A stretch of DNA of 56,719 bases from Parcubacteria group bacterium (GCA_016176785.1 JACOWN010000006.1:1-56719); one strand, 5' to 3'; positions 40,009 to 49,716 are shown, counted from the first letter of the stretch. Numbers and translations are program-made. The notes: a model not told the origin generated them from the letters alone.

Positions 40009-41538
40009 TTATCGGGCATACTCAACGACGTGGGTCTCCCGAATCACATGAACCTTAATCTCCCCGGGGTATTTAAGCTCCTGCTCTGTCCGTACCGCGA
40101 TATCGCGGGCCATTTTCTTCGCTTCAAGGTCGGAAATCTTGTCCGGATAGACGAAAACCCTTATTTCTCGGCCTGCTTGGATCGCGTAGGCCTTTTCAAC
40201 CCCCTCAAAGGATGTCGCGATGGCCTCAAGGTCGGCGAGCCGCCTCAGGTAGTTTTCCACCGTATCGCGCCGCGCCCCCGGGCGGCCTCCCGAGATCGCA
40301 TCGGCGACCTGGACAATTACCGACTCTATTGTCTCGTATGGATATTCCTCGTGATGCGCCTGCATCGCCTTTACAACCCGCTCGTCAGCGCCGAATTTCT
40401 GCAGAATGCGGCGGCCGATCTCAACGTGCGTCCCCTGGACTTCATGGTCAACCGCTTTGCCGATGTCGTGGAGCAATGCGCCGGTTTTAGCGACGGCAAC
40501 GTCGGCGCCCAATTCTTCCGCAAGCATACCTGCGATGTGCGCCATTTCAATTGAGTGCTGGAGAACATTCTGCCCGTAACTGGTGCGGAAATACAGCCGG
40601 CCGAGAATGGAAACAAGCCGCGGGTCAAGATTATAGGCGCCGCACTCGTATGCCGCTTGCTCTCCCTTTTCCTTAATGATGCGGTTGATCTCGTCGCGCG
40701 CCTTCGTCACGAACTCCTCAATGCGCGCCGGTTGGATGCGGCCGTCCAAAATGAGATTTTCCAGAGCGATGCGGGCGATCTGCCGCCGCACGGGGTCAAA
40801 CGAAGAAATGACGACGGCGCCCGGCGTGTCGTCAACAATGAGCTCAACGCCCGCCGCTCGTTCAAAGGCGCGAATATTCCGCCCTTCCTTGCCGATGATC
40901 TTCCCCTTGATGTCATCGTTGGGAATTGAGACAAGCGACGTCATCACGTCATTCGGCACCGCATTGCCGAGACGATGAATGACCGTGGTCAGGATCTCCT
41001 TTGCGCGCTGTTCAAGGCGTTCATTCGCCGTATGCTCCAGCTTTTGAAGCCGGATAAGCAGGTCTTCCTCGCTCTGCCGCTCAAGCGCGGACAGTAACTC
41101 GTTTTTCGCCTCTGCGGCGGAAAGGCCGCCGACGCGTTCAAGCGCTTTTTGCTTTTCCGCCTCAAGCGCAAGCGCGCGCTCTTTGATGGTTTTTACCTCG
41201 TCAATTTTTGTCCTGACGCCTTCAACTTCTTTGTCAATGTCGCCCTGGCGCTTATCGAGCAATTCTTCTTTTTTGACGAGCCGCTCGCTCGTGCGTTTGA
41301 ACTCGTCTTCCTTCTCACGCTCGGTGCGCCGCGCTTCCTCCGTTATCGCAAGCGCTTTTTGTTCCGCTTCCTCAAGAACCTCTTTTGCTTTTTCACGCGC
41401 CTCAAGCTCCATTTGCTTGACGGCGAGCTCAATAGAGCCGCGCTTTCCGAGCGAAACGAGCCAGCGCAAAAAATAACCGAAGGCAAGCCCGAAGAGGCCC
41501 GCCGTCCCCGCGATCAATATGAATAATTTTAAACTCAT
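40009..41538 (-). CDS. rny: Ribonuclease Y
   Basis: N-terminal TM, KH GKIIGKEGRNIR, HD LLHDIGK, ADAISGGRPGARR. Confidence 0.97.
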   Translation of the reverse strand: MSLKLFILIAGTAGLFGLAFGYFLRWLVSLGKRGSIELAVKQMELEAREKAKEVLEEAEQKALAITEEARRTEREKEDEFKRTSERLVKKEELLDKRQGDIDKEVEGVRTKIDEVKTIKERALALEAEKQKALERVGGLSAAEAKNELLSALERQSEEDLLIRLQKLEHTANERLEQRAKEILTTVIHRLGNAVPNDVMTSLVSIPNDDIKGKIIGKEGRNIRAFERAAGVELIVDDTPGAVVISSFDPVRRQIARIALENLILDGRIQPARIEEFVTKARDEINRIIKEKGEQAAYECGAYNLDPRLVSILGRLYFRTSYGQNVLQHSIEMAHIAGMLAEELGADVAVAKTGALLHDIGKAVDHEVQGTHVEIGRRILQKFGADERVVKAMQAHHEEYPYETIESVIVQVADAISGGRPGARRDTVENYLRRLADLEAIATSFEGVEKAYAIQAGREIRVFVYPDKISDLEAKKMARDIAVRTEQELKYPGEIKVHVIRETHVVEYAR

Positions 41539-41961
41539 GGCACGTTGACGCGCCGTGCTCCGTACGAGCCGTTTCTGTCTGTTCGCCGCTCGTCATCGTG
41601 CGCGCGGCACGCGCGAGGCGGGTTATGCGCGAAAAGCGGTGTTTGAAAAAAACACCTGAAGAGTAAGTGGAAGAGAAAACAAAAACAAAAATCTCAGCGG
41701 GAACGCTTCTCGAACAACGAACGACAGAATCTGCTCTCGCAACACGATACGCGTGGTCATTACGCAGAGAGTCGGGCGGTTTTTCGCGTCATACAAGCAA
41801 ACGGCATAAGAATCGTGTGCCTTCAAAGACGCCGAGGAACTGCCGTATCAGTGCACATTGGTAAAATGAAAAAAGAAAAAACGAACGATAAATCGAACCG
41901 ATCTTTTCTGACTCTCGCATCATAGCATAACGCGGTTTTCTTGTCCACCGGCGGTTCTTTT

Positions 41962-42001
41962 ACGCGAAAAACGGCGCTCCGAAAGGCGCCGTTTTTCGCG
42001 T
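41962..42001. terminator. Intrinsic terminator hairpin after clpP
   Basis: ACGCGAAAAACGGCGC...GCGCCGTTTTTCGCGT. Confidence 0.75.
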
Positions 42002-42014
42002 GAACCGCATTCTG

Positions 42015-42608
42015 TTACTTTGAGTTTTTGGGCTTCAAAATCTCGTCAATAACGCCGTATTTCTTCGCCTCTTCCGCCGTCATGAAGAAATCGCGGTCAA
42101 CGTCTTTCTCTATCTTTTCAAGCGACTGGCCGGTATTGTCCGCCAAAATTTTATTCAGATTGTCTTTCACGCGCAAAATATGCTTTGCGGTGATCGCGAT
42201 GTCGGATGCCTGCCCTTCCGCGCCCCCCAACGGCTGGTGTATCATTACCTCCGCATTCGGCAAACTGAACCGTTTGCCCTTCGCGCCCGACGACAAAATC
42301 ACCGAGGCGCCGGACGCCGCGATGCCGATGCAGATGGTTGAAACATCCGGCTTGATGTGCTTCATGGTGTCGTAAATCGCCATCGTCGCCGTGACGGAAC
42401 CTCCGGGAGAGTTTATGTAAACATTGATGTCCTTCTTGGGGTCTTCGGATTCAAGGAACAACAGCTGCGCGATGACGATGTTCGCGACGTGGTCGTCTAT
42501 CGGCCCGCCCAGAAAGACGATCCGGTCTTTCAAAAGCCGCGAGTAAATGTCGTACGCGCGCTCGCCGTACTGACTTTTTTCAATGACGGTTGGAATAAGA
42601 ATGGTCAT
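42015..42608 (-). CDS. clpP: Clp protease proteolytic subunit
   Basis: [28 protein letters not shown]. Confidence 0.98.
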   Translation of the reverse strand: MTILIPTVIEKSQYGERAYDIYSRLLKDRIVFLGGPIDDHVANIVIAQLLFLESEDPKKDINVYINSPGGSVTATMAIYDTMKHIKPDVSTICIGIAASGASVILSSGAKGKRFSLPNAEVMIHQPLGGAEGQASDIAITAKHILRVKDNLNKILADNTGQSLEKIEKDVDRDFFMTAEEAKKYGVIDEILKPKNSK

Positions 42609-42703
42609 ATGAATAAGTGTATAGTTTTTATTTTGCCTTTTACAGCGAATAATTCTTACGGAGTAAACTATACCATAACGAAGAAAAAAAGCAAGGCCCT
42701 GCG

Positions 42704-43861
42704 CTACGCGCCGGACGGGGCGGCTGTATCGCTCGCATCCCCTTGCGCGGGGGCAGAGGGGTCCTCAAGAAACTCAAAGACCATCTCGTTCGTCAGCGCG
42801 TGTTCAACGTACGCGCGCGCCCGCGCGGCGTCTGCGCCCGGATACGCGTCAAGGAGTTTTTGCGCTTCGCGCGCGGCATCGTCTTCTGCCGGATGAAGAT
42901 GCTCCTTTGCCGCGATCTCCCCTATGACGAGCTGGGTCTTCACGCGTTTTACGGCATCGGCGCGCCATTCTTTTTTTATGTCGTCTTCGCTTTTGTCGGC
43001 GTGTTTGAAATAATCGTCCGGCTTCACTCCCGCAAGCGCAAGCTGGTCTTTGAATTGCGCCATCATGCGGGCTTGCTCGCTTGCGACGAGCACGTCGGGA
43101 ACGGCGATGCCGGTCTTTTCAATAAGCGCGTCAATGACTTCAAGGCGCGCGCGGTCCTTTTCTTTCAATTTCTTTTCCTCGCGCAGATTCTCGCGGATTT
43201 TATTTTTGAAATCCTCCACATTTTCAAACTTTCCGACCTTTTTAACGAACTCATCCGTCAGCTCGGGAAGTTTTTCATCCTCCTTTTTTTCCTGCGGCTT
43301 GACGGGTTGCCCGTCGGGACCGAGAATCTCGTTCTCGTTTCTGTTTGATTCCGGACTCTTGCTCCCCGACCCCGCCGAAACTTTGCTTACTCGGGCAAAG
43401 TTTCGGCGGACTTCATCAAGTGTTCGCTCCACCTCTTCATCGGTAACCACGATAGGTTCCTTTTCCCGCGAAAAGATTTTTTCGGCGATTTTTTTATAGT
43501 CGGGGAGCGCAACGGACGGCAGCACCGCCGTTTTTATGCGAAATCCGAGCGGGTTGCCGCGGGCAAGTTTTGTTATCGCAACGGACGGCTGGCCGATCGC
43601 GTCAATTTTGTGTTCCGCAAGAAGGGTCGGATACACTGCGGAGAGCGCGAGCTCCGCCATTTCGTGGAGCACCGCGTCTTCGCCGAGTTTTTGCGTAAGA
43701 ACATCCTCCGGCGCATGCCCCTTGCGGAATCCCGGGATCTCTGCGTTTTCGCCGAGTTTTTTTAACGCCCGCGCGCGGTATTTTTCAAAATCCTCTACCG
43801 GAATCTCGCCCGAGATTTCCACTTCGGAGTTTTCCAGTTGTTTGATTTCCGCATTGCTCAT
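42704..43861 (-). CDS. tig: Trigger factor (short, apparently lacking the FKBP domain)
   Basis: [20 protein letters not shown]; upstream of clpP. Confidence 0.92.
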   Translation of the reverse strand: MSNAEIKQLENSEVEISGEIPVEDFEKYRARALKKLGENAEIPGFRKGHAPEDVLTQKLGEDAVLHEMAELALSAVYPTLLAEHKIDAIGQPSVAITKLARGNPLGFRIKTAVLPSVALPDYKKIAEKIFSREKEPIVVTDEEVERTLDEVRRNFARVSKVSAGSGSKSPESNRNENEILGPDGQPVKPQEKKEDEKLPELTDEFVKKVGKFENVEDFKNKIRENLREEKKLKEKDRARLEVIDALIEKTGIAVPDVLVASEQARMMAQFKDQLALAGVKPDDYFKHADKSEDDIKKEWRADAVKRVKTQLVIGEIAAKEHLHPAEDDAAREAQKLLDAYPGADAARARAYVEHALTNEMVFEFLEDPSAPAQGDASDTAAPSGA

Positions 43862-43915
43862 TAAGCAACCACTATATCACAAGAGGCCGCGTGGGGAAAC
43901 ACGTACGGCGATTGA

Positions 43916-44155
43916 TTATTTAAAAAACTCTTTCAACTTTTTTCTGCCAGAACTACTTTTCCACCACAATTCCCGTTTTTTGGCCTCTTGTGAATTTGTA
44001 AATTTTTCGGATAGTAAGATTTTTAGTGGCCGTCTATATTTTGTCGCTTTTACTTCGCCATTATTATGTTTCTGTAAGCGATTATTTAAATCTTTCGTAT
44101 AGCCGGTATATGTCCGCCCGTCCTTTGAGCTTAAAAGAACGTAAACAAAATACAT
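43916..44155 (-). CDS. Small GIY-YIG nuclease (79 aa), AT-rich
   Basis: YFVYVL...YTGYT..L..RL..HN.G..T...RP...AKKRE...KS. Confidence 0.9.
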   Translation of the reverse strand: MYFVYVLLSSKDGRTYTGYTKDLNNRLQKHNNGEVKATKYRRPLKILLSEKFTNSQEAKKRELWWKSSSGRKKLKEFFK

Positions 44156-44224
44156 AAAAATAGAGTGCGGGCCGCTCGCCCTGTGGGCGAAGCGAGCCCC
44201 GCAAAATTTTGCTCTGTAAAATTT

Positions 44225-44380
44225 TGCGGGATGGGAGAATCGGTCACGAGTTGCTAAGCCTTTTGTTTCGCTTTGCTCACAAAAATCTAAGCACTCTCGA
44301 CCCCGCCTCGGCGACAAGCACTCCCCGCCTATCGGCGGGTCGTCTTGTATACCGCCTCCGGCTTTCGATTCTCCCATCCC
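44225..44380 (-). mobile_element. tRNA-Gly-associated structured element bounded by a direct and an inverted copy of the tRNA 3' end
   Basis: 44225-44242 equals 44431-44448; 44364-44380 is the reverse complement of 44434-44450. Confidence 0.6.
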
Positions 44381-44430
44381 TCTACAAAAATATAGTCGCC
44401 GGAAGCTTCGCATTCGTCTCCTTATTTTTA

Positions 44431-44501
44431 TGCGGGATGGGAGAATCGAACTCCCGACCTCAGTTTGGAAAACTGATGTTATGCCATTTAACTAATCCCG
44501 C
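44431..44501 (-). tRNA. tRNA-Gly(TCC)
   Basis: GCGGGAT...TCAGT-TTTCCAA-ACTGA...GTTCGATTC...ATCCCGCA; CCA not encoded. Confidence 0.95.
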
Positions 44502-44532
44502 TCAAAATCAACTATACCACGACGCCCATCCA

Positions 44533-44566
44533 CCACAAAACCCCGCCTCAAGGCGGGGTTTTGTGG
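44533..44566. terminator. Intrinsic terminator
   Basis: CCACAAAACCCCGCCT-CA-AGGCGGGGTTTTGTGG. Confidence 0.8.
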
Positions 44567-44584
44567 CTAAATCAAGAGCAAAAA

Positions 44585-44722
44585 TCACATACTGCTTCCT
44601 TCTTCTGCCGGCGCTTCCGGTGCCGCGGGGGTTTCGCCACCCTCTGCCGGTGTTGCTTCCATGCCGCCCTCTTGCGGTATGCCTTCTCCGTTCTGCGGCA
44701 TGTTCTCTGTTTCTGGATTCAT
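44585..44722 (-). CDS. 45-aa acidic low-complexity microprotein (below ORF-track cutoff)
   Basis: MNPETENMPQNGEGIPQEGGMEATPAEGGETPAAPEAPAEEGSSM; followed by a terminator. Confidence 0.6.
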   Translation of the reverse strand: MNPETENMPQNGEGIPQEGGMEATPAEGGETPAAPEAPAEEGSSM

Positions 44723-44996
44723 ATTTTTAAAAAACCTGTTTTATGTAATGTAATTAGTTATGACCCGAGCGACGACCGCCATCGCAAAGCAGCACTCGAG
44801 CCCGTTGGTGGTAATACTTACGAAAACAACTCCGCAAAATTGAGTTGTTCCATAATTTAAAGTATAGCGTCGTGATATAATTGGTCAACCAACAGCGGAA
44901 CAAATCTTTAAGAAGTCAACCTGCGATACCGTCGCGCGGCATCATTGACAATCGGCCGCCCGCGCTTATAGTGATGAAATTGCTCCGCCACCTCGC

Positions 44997-46211
44997 ATGT
45001 TCTCATTTTTTCACAAACTTATAGAGAAAGTTTTTACGCTTGGCGCCGCCGTCGCGCTTATTTTTTTTGGAGCGCCGCAGGAGATTCCGCAACCGATAAA
45101 TAGCGGGGATTCGTTCCCCAACTATGCGGCCGTTTCCACCGTTCAAAGAAACGACGCCGCGGCAACGGCGACCGAGACGCCGCCCGTCGCCCTCCGGCAA
45201 GAGAAAACGCCTGAACCCGAAATCGCGCCATTACCCGTTTCGGATGTCTTGGAAGAAGCCGCCTCCGAACCCGCTTTTTCTCCCGCGCTTATTGACGCGC
45301 TCCTTGCCCGTATCCGCGAACCGCAACACTCTGTCCGCATCAACCAGAGAGAACTTAACGAATACGCGCGCACTGCCGTCGTCAACATTTTTTGCATTTC
45401 AAAAGCCGGCGGGCTCTTTGAGCCGCTTTCCGGCAGCGGGGTTGTCATTGACCCGCGCGGCATTGTTCTTACGAACGCCCATGTCGCCCAGTATTTCCTT
45501 CTCAAGAAATATCGCGGCGTTGAAAACTTTATTGACTGCGTCATCCGCACCGGAAGCCCGGCGCGCGCCGCATACCGGGCGGAACTCATGTTCCTGTCCG
45601 GCAATTGGGTGAGGAACAATGCCGCGCTGATCGGACGCGACAATACGGAAAGCTCCGGCGAGAACGACTTTGCGCTTCTTCGCATCACCGGACCGACGAC
45701 AAATGAGGCGGCGTTTCCCGCCATATTCCCCTATCTCGCGCCCGCCGTCAAAACCGACCGCGATTTAAAAAATCTTCCGGTCTTGCTCGCAAGCTATCCG
45801 GCGGGTTTCTTGAGCGGCCTTACGACAAATAACGGCCTGTGGCTCATTTCAAGCACGGCGCTCGTAAATAACGTGTACACGTTCCGCGAAACCGAACCGT
45901 ACACTCCCGATATGGTCGGAGTCAACGGGCCGGTCGGCGCGCAGGAGGGGTCATCGGGCGGCGCGATCGTAAGTTCGGAAGACGGCTCGTTGGTCGGTCT
46001 CATCGTTACGCGCTCAGACGGCGCAACGACCGGAGAGCGGGAGCTGCGCGCACTGACTTTTTTTCATATCAACGAAAGTATTGAGGCGGAAACCAGCAAA
46101 ACGTTTACGCAATTCCTCCAAGAGGACCCCGTGCTGACAACGGAAATCTTCCAGCGCACGCTTGCGCCGCACTATACCGGCCTTCTTGAGCGTGCACTTG
46201 ACAAAAAATGA
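44997..46211 (+). CDS. Trypsin-like serine protease, membrane-anchored
   Basis: GSGVVI, TNAHV (His), DFALL (Asp), GSSGG (Ser); TTGACA-16-TATAGT upstream. Confidence 0.88.
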   Translation: MFSFFHKLIEKVFTLGAAVALIFFGAPQEIPQPINSGDSFPNYAAVSTVQRNDAAATATETPPVALRQEKTPEPEIAPLPVSDVLEEAASEPAFSPALIDALLARIREPQHSVRINQRELNEYARTAVVNIFCISKAGGLFEPLSGSGVVIDPRGIVLTNAHVAQYFLLKKYRGVENFIDCVIRTGSPARAAYRAELMFLSGNWVRNNAALIGRDNTESSGENDFALLRITGPTTNEAAFPAIFPYLAPAVKTDRDLKNLPVLLASYPAGFLSGLTTNNGLWLISSTALVNNVYTFRETEPYTPDMVGVNGPVGAQEGSSGGAIVSSEDGSLVGLIVTRSDGATTGERELRALTFFHINESIEAETSKTFTQFLQEDPVLTTEIFQRTLAPHYTGLLERALDKK

Positions 46212-46305
46212 TTCAATACTCCGAGCTATTTTTTGTTTGACGCTTCAAAAATAAACGCGTTACTGTTAAGGAAGAAGGAAGCGGCTTGAAGAGGCGGGTT
46301 TGACA

Positions 46306-46860
46306 ATGCGGTTTCTCCAACTTCTCGCGGCGGGGCTCATTTCTCTCTCCGTTCCCATCACTTCCGCCGCGGCGGAAGAACTCGGATGCGGCGAGCGTAA
46401 AGAAATACTCAGATCCTTGAAAGAATTTGGCGAAGAAATTGTCGGCCAGGGTGTGAGAATCGCCGTTAACGAACGCGCAGAAAAAGAGTGGGGTGCACTC
46501 GTGACCATCACGGCGGCGCCGTGGGAAAAAGACGGCACATTTTCCATCCTCGGAACGGAACCGTCCACAAAAAAAGAAACGTGTCTGGGGAAGACGGGGC
46601 GTTACTGGAAAACGCTGGACACTCGTTCGCGCGAGCGTTTGCGCAATATCTTCCCCGCGCTTTTTGCGGACACAGACACGGTCTCCGGAGGGTTTGTTGA
46701 CGAGAGCTTCATGCTGCTCCTCATTGTGCATAGCGACGGCGTATGGGAGTTTCGTCGGCTGTTCGCGCAGATGATGTTTGATCTGCCCCCCGACGTCATT
46801 TTGAGCGGCGAGGGGTGGGAGTTCATTCACGACGGCAACGGGAACGGGGGCGGGTTGTGA
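46306..46860 (+). CDS. Secreted hypothetical protein, paralog 1
   Basis: Signal peptide; CGE...G.FSI...P...C..G..W then second unit ending SGEGWEF. Confidence 0.65.
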   Translation: MRFLQLLAAGLISLSVPITSAAAEELGCGERKEILRSLKEFGEEIVGQGVRIAVNERAEKEWGALVTITAAPWEKDGTFSILGTEPSTKKETCLGKTGRYWKTLDTRSRERLRNIFPALFADTDTVSGGFVDESFMLLLIVHSDGVWEFRRLFAQMMFDLPPDVILSGEGWEFIHDGNGNGGGL

Positions 46861-46964
46861 ACGACGCCCCGTTGCAATACGCGGAAAATAGCCCCTTCGT
46901 ACGGACGGCCTCTCACGCAGGCAGAGAGGCCTTTTTTTGAAGCGGCGCATGCCTTTTTTGTTGC

Positions 46965-46993
46965 TTGACAAAAGGCATGCAATATGCTACTCT
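46965..46993 (+). promoter_or_regulatory. Putative sigma70 promoter
   Basis: TTGACA-17 nt-TACTCT with TG extended -10. Confidence 0.55.
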
Positions 46994-47093
46994 TTAAAGA
47001 GATTTGACAGCCTCTCCTCAGCGCTTGCATGTTGGGGAGAGAAACGCAACCGCTTCCCGATTGTAATCGGGAAGCACACCAGAGGAGAGACCA

Positions 47094-47606
47094 ATGAGGT
47101 TCATGATGAGGTTCTTCGGGCTCGCAATACTCGCGATCCCGATCGTGTTCTTCCAGTCCCCCGCGGGTGCGTTCACCTGCGGGGAGCAGGATACCATGGA
47201 CAGCGTCCTGCGAGCGGCTGAAATGAAGCCGCTCGCGTGGGGGATGGTCGACGAGGGCGTCCTCATTGATATTTACACCTCCCCCGCGGGGAGGTTCACA
47301 CTCGCGGTCCGCGATCCATCATCGGGCACCCTCTGCCCCATGACGGCCGGGGAGGGGTGGCGCGAGATGACCGCCGCCGAAGCGGCGGAGTATCTCGGGA
47401 AAGCGGCCCCGAACGGAACCCGACTCTACGCCGCCGTGGCGGAGGCGGGTGTCGGCCCAAGTCCGGCGACCGTCGTCCTCACGGTCGCCGACGGGTTGTG
47501 GAAGGTCGTGCTGCATATGAGGACCGGCATGGCCTTCCCGCTCTTCGCGGGAACGGTCTGGGAATTCGTCGCGCCGGAGGCCGACGACGGGGTCAAACGC
47601 ATCTAG
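47094..47606 (+). CDS. Secreted hypothetical protein, paralog 2
   Basis: AGGAG SD; signal peptide; CGE...GRFTL...P...C..AGEGW then second unit ending AGTVWEF. Confidence 0.7.
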   Translation: MRFMMRFFGLAILAIPIVFFQSPAGAFTCGEQDTMDSVLRAAEMKPLAWGMVDEGVLIDIYTSPAGRFTLAVRDPSSGTLCPMTAGEGWREMTAAEAAEYLGKAAPNGTRLYAAVAEAGVGPSPATVVLTVADGLWKVVLHMRTGMAFPLFAGTVWEFVAPEADDGVKRI

Positions 47607-47721
47607 GAGGGGTCCCCATCCATGCCAAACGCGACCTAACGCCCCCTTACGAGTAACTCGTAGGGGGGCGAACTACGTTATGGGGGCTCGCATTACTGCG
47701 CGCACGATTCCCGCGCGGTTT

Positions 47722-48669
47722 TTAAGCCGCCAAAGTATACGCGCCATTGCCTGATTTTCGCAAAAACTTCTCCGCCTCAAGCGCGCGTAACTGCGTGAGG
47801 ACCCGTTTTTTGTCGGCGCTCACGCGCCGTGTAATTTCTTTCTCGGCCAGCGGGGAGGAATTAAGCAGTATGCGGAGAACCGCCCCCCTGATCTGCCTGT
47901 CAGAACCTTCAAAACGCGACTGTTTTGCATAGTGCGCGCTCCTGCGCGACGGATTCCGATGTTTTTGTTTTAAATACGCTCCATAATCCATCAGCGCATA
48001 GAACCACTCCCGTGGATTTTTCCCATCCATCGTCTCCGCGACCAGCAATAAAATATCTCGGTCGCACACCCCGTCGCACGACACACTAACATACTGCAGT
48101 ATGTTAGTGTGTCGTGCGGCTGTTTTTGGTCTCGCTCTCGTAAAAAAATGACGAATGAAAACCGCTCGTATGTTTGTCTCAATAAACGGTGTTGGCTCGT
48201 TCCAAGCAAACGCTCTGACGGCGGCGGCGGTCGCGGGGCCGATGCCGGGCAGTGTCTTTAATATTTCAAAACTGCGCGGCAGACGGCCGCGGTATTTTTC
48301 GGAAACGACTTTTGCGAGGCGATGGAGATGAAGCGCGCGGCGGTTGTAGCCGAGTCCGCTCCAGAGGCGAAGCACTTCCGACTGCGGCGCGCGCGCAAGC
48401 GCCTGCCATGACGGAAATTGCCTCACGAACGCCGGATATTTTTCCAAAACTCGCGTAACCTGCGTCTGCTGGAGCATTATTTCCGACACGACGATTTTGT
48501 ATGGGTTGAGTACGTTTTTACCCTTCCGTAGCTTTCTTTGACCTTCCGAAGCCTTGCGCAAAGGAGGTAGCGTAGGAGGGCGCCACGGAAGCGTATGCCG
48601 CCCATGTTTTTTGTAATAATCCCAGACTGTTTTTTGAAACGCCCGTTTTTGCCCTGCGGATAATTCCAT
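47722..48669 (-). CDS. mutY: A/G-specific adenine glycosylase (MutY-like HhH-GPD, no Fe-S cysteines)
   Basis: LPWR, VSEIMLQQTQV, WSGLGYNRRA, LPGIGPATA, ETNI, MDYG. Confidence 0.88.
   Translation of the reverse strand: MELSAGQKRAFQKTVWDYYKKHGRHTLPWRPPTLPPLRKASEGQRKLRKGKNVLNPYKIVVSEIMLQQTQVTRVLEKYPAFVRQFPSWQALARAPQSEVLRLWSGLGYNRRALHLHRLAKVVSEKYRGRLPRSFEILKTLPGIGPATAAAVRAFAWNEPTPFIETNIRAVFIRHFFTRARPKTAARHTNILQYVSVSCDGVCDRDILLLVAETMDGKNPREWFYALMDYGAYLKQKHRNPSRRSAHYAKQSRFEGSDRQIRGAVLRILLNSSPLAEKEITRRVSADKKRVLTQLRALEAEKFLRKSGNGAYTLAA
48075..48118. repeat. 44-bp perfect palindrome inside the mutY coding sequence
   Basis: CGCACGACACACTAACATACTG|CAGTATGTTAGTGTGTCGTGCG. Confidence 0.92.
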
Positions 48670-48801
48670 GCTCCACAGTATATCACGCGCCAACCGCTCT
48701 CTTTTCTCTCTATGACACGTACCCCGCCCACAAAACACTCCAACTATCTTTTGTTGGAGTGTTTTTGAATGCTTAGTTGCAATACAACTTTATGACGTGA
48801 T

Positions 48802-49422
48802 TTATTGGAATAACACCGGGATTTCCAGCGCATCATCGTTTTCGGGAAGTCCCGAAGGATTGTCTTTGCGGAGAATGAGCGCGCCGCGTTTTGAAAAATC
48901 GCCGATGAACTCCGGCTTTTCAAACTCAATCGTGCCGCGGAACGGCACGAAATCCTCCGTCATCCAATTTACCCCGCCGCCGGCGGGATCACCTTGCGCT
49001 TCCGCGTATGACTCTGCGATGATCCTTCCGTCCCAGTCAACAAGCACGAGCGGAAACGTTGCTTCAAAAAACCAATACCCTCTCGCCTCTCCCGTAACCT
49101 CAAGCGGACTCGTTATGGCCGCACCGGGCCGAGGCGAATCAAGACGAATCAAGTCGGCTTTTTCCAATTCGTTACTGACACCGGGCGGAGTTGAAGTACC
49201 GATATCTTCCGTGAATGTTTTGCCCCTCGCCACGCACTGTCGCGGGTATGATTCTGCGACCGGATTTCCGGCTGCGACGCACGTGTCAAAATCAACCACG
49301 GCAATGCGCGAAGAAGACGGAGTGCTGTTCTTTAAAACTTCACGCACAACCTGGAGCCCCCACGCAACGACGATGAGGACGAAAATGAGCGCAAAAACGG
49401 CGATTTCTTTTCTCAAACTCAT
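48802..49422 (-). CDS. Membrane-anchored Gmad2-like Ig-domain protein
   Basis: CVAAGNPVAESYPRQC, GEARGYWFFEATFP, WMTEDFVPF, DNPSGLPE. Confidence 0.75.
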   Translation of the reverse strand: MSLRKEIAVFALIFVLIVVAWGLQVVREVLKNSTPSSSRIAVVDFDTCVAAGNPVAESYPRQCVARGKTFTEDIGTSTPPGVSNELEKADLIRLDSPRPGAAITSPLEVTGEARGYWFFEATFPLVLVDWDGRIIAESYAEAQGDPAGGGVNWMTEDFVPFRGTIEFEKPEFIGDFSKRGALILRKDNPSGLPENDDALEIPVLFQ

Positions 49423-49716
49423 AATTTTTCGGGCGAGTCCTGCGCAACGGCGTTTTTTATGATCTCAATATTGCAACTTGCGTGCTCGCGGCACCACTGT
49501 TCGCATTCTTCCGCGATCTTTCTCTCGCGGTACGCAAGACCGCACGCCTCGCACTGATAGAGCGTCTCATTACCGGACGAAATTTCTTTTACCATACGCG
49601 TTCAGTATACCACATGAACATGACACATGATCGTACGCGCAACAAGTGGCTCCGCCCAACGGTTATAGTGTTATACATTAAGGAAAGACGTACCTCATAC
49701 TTGACGGAGAGTGCGT

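Noticed and set aside
44225..44380. Second or intron-containing tRNA-Gly
   Set aside because: No D-arm or anticodon arm, only 3'-end fragments; same for 52670-52822
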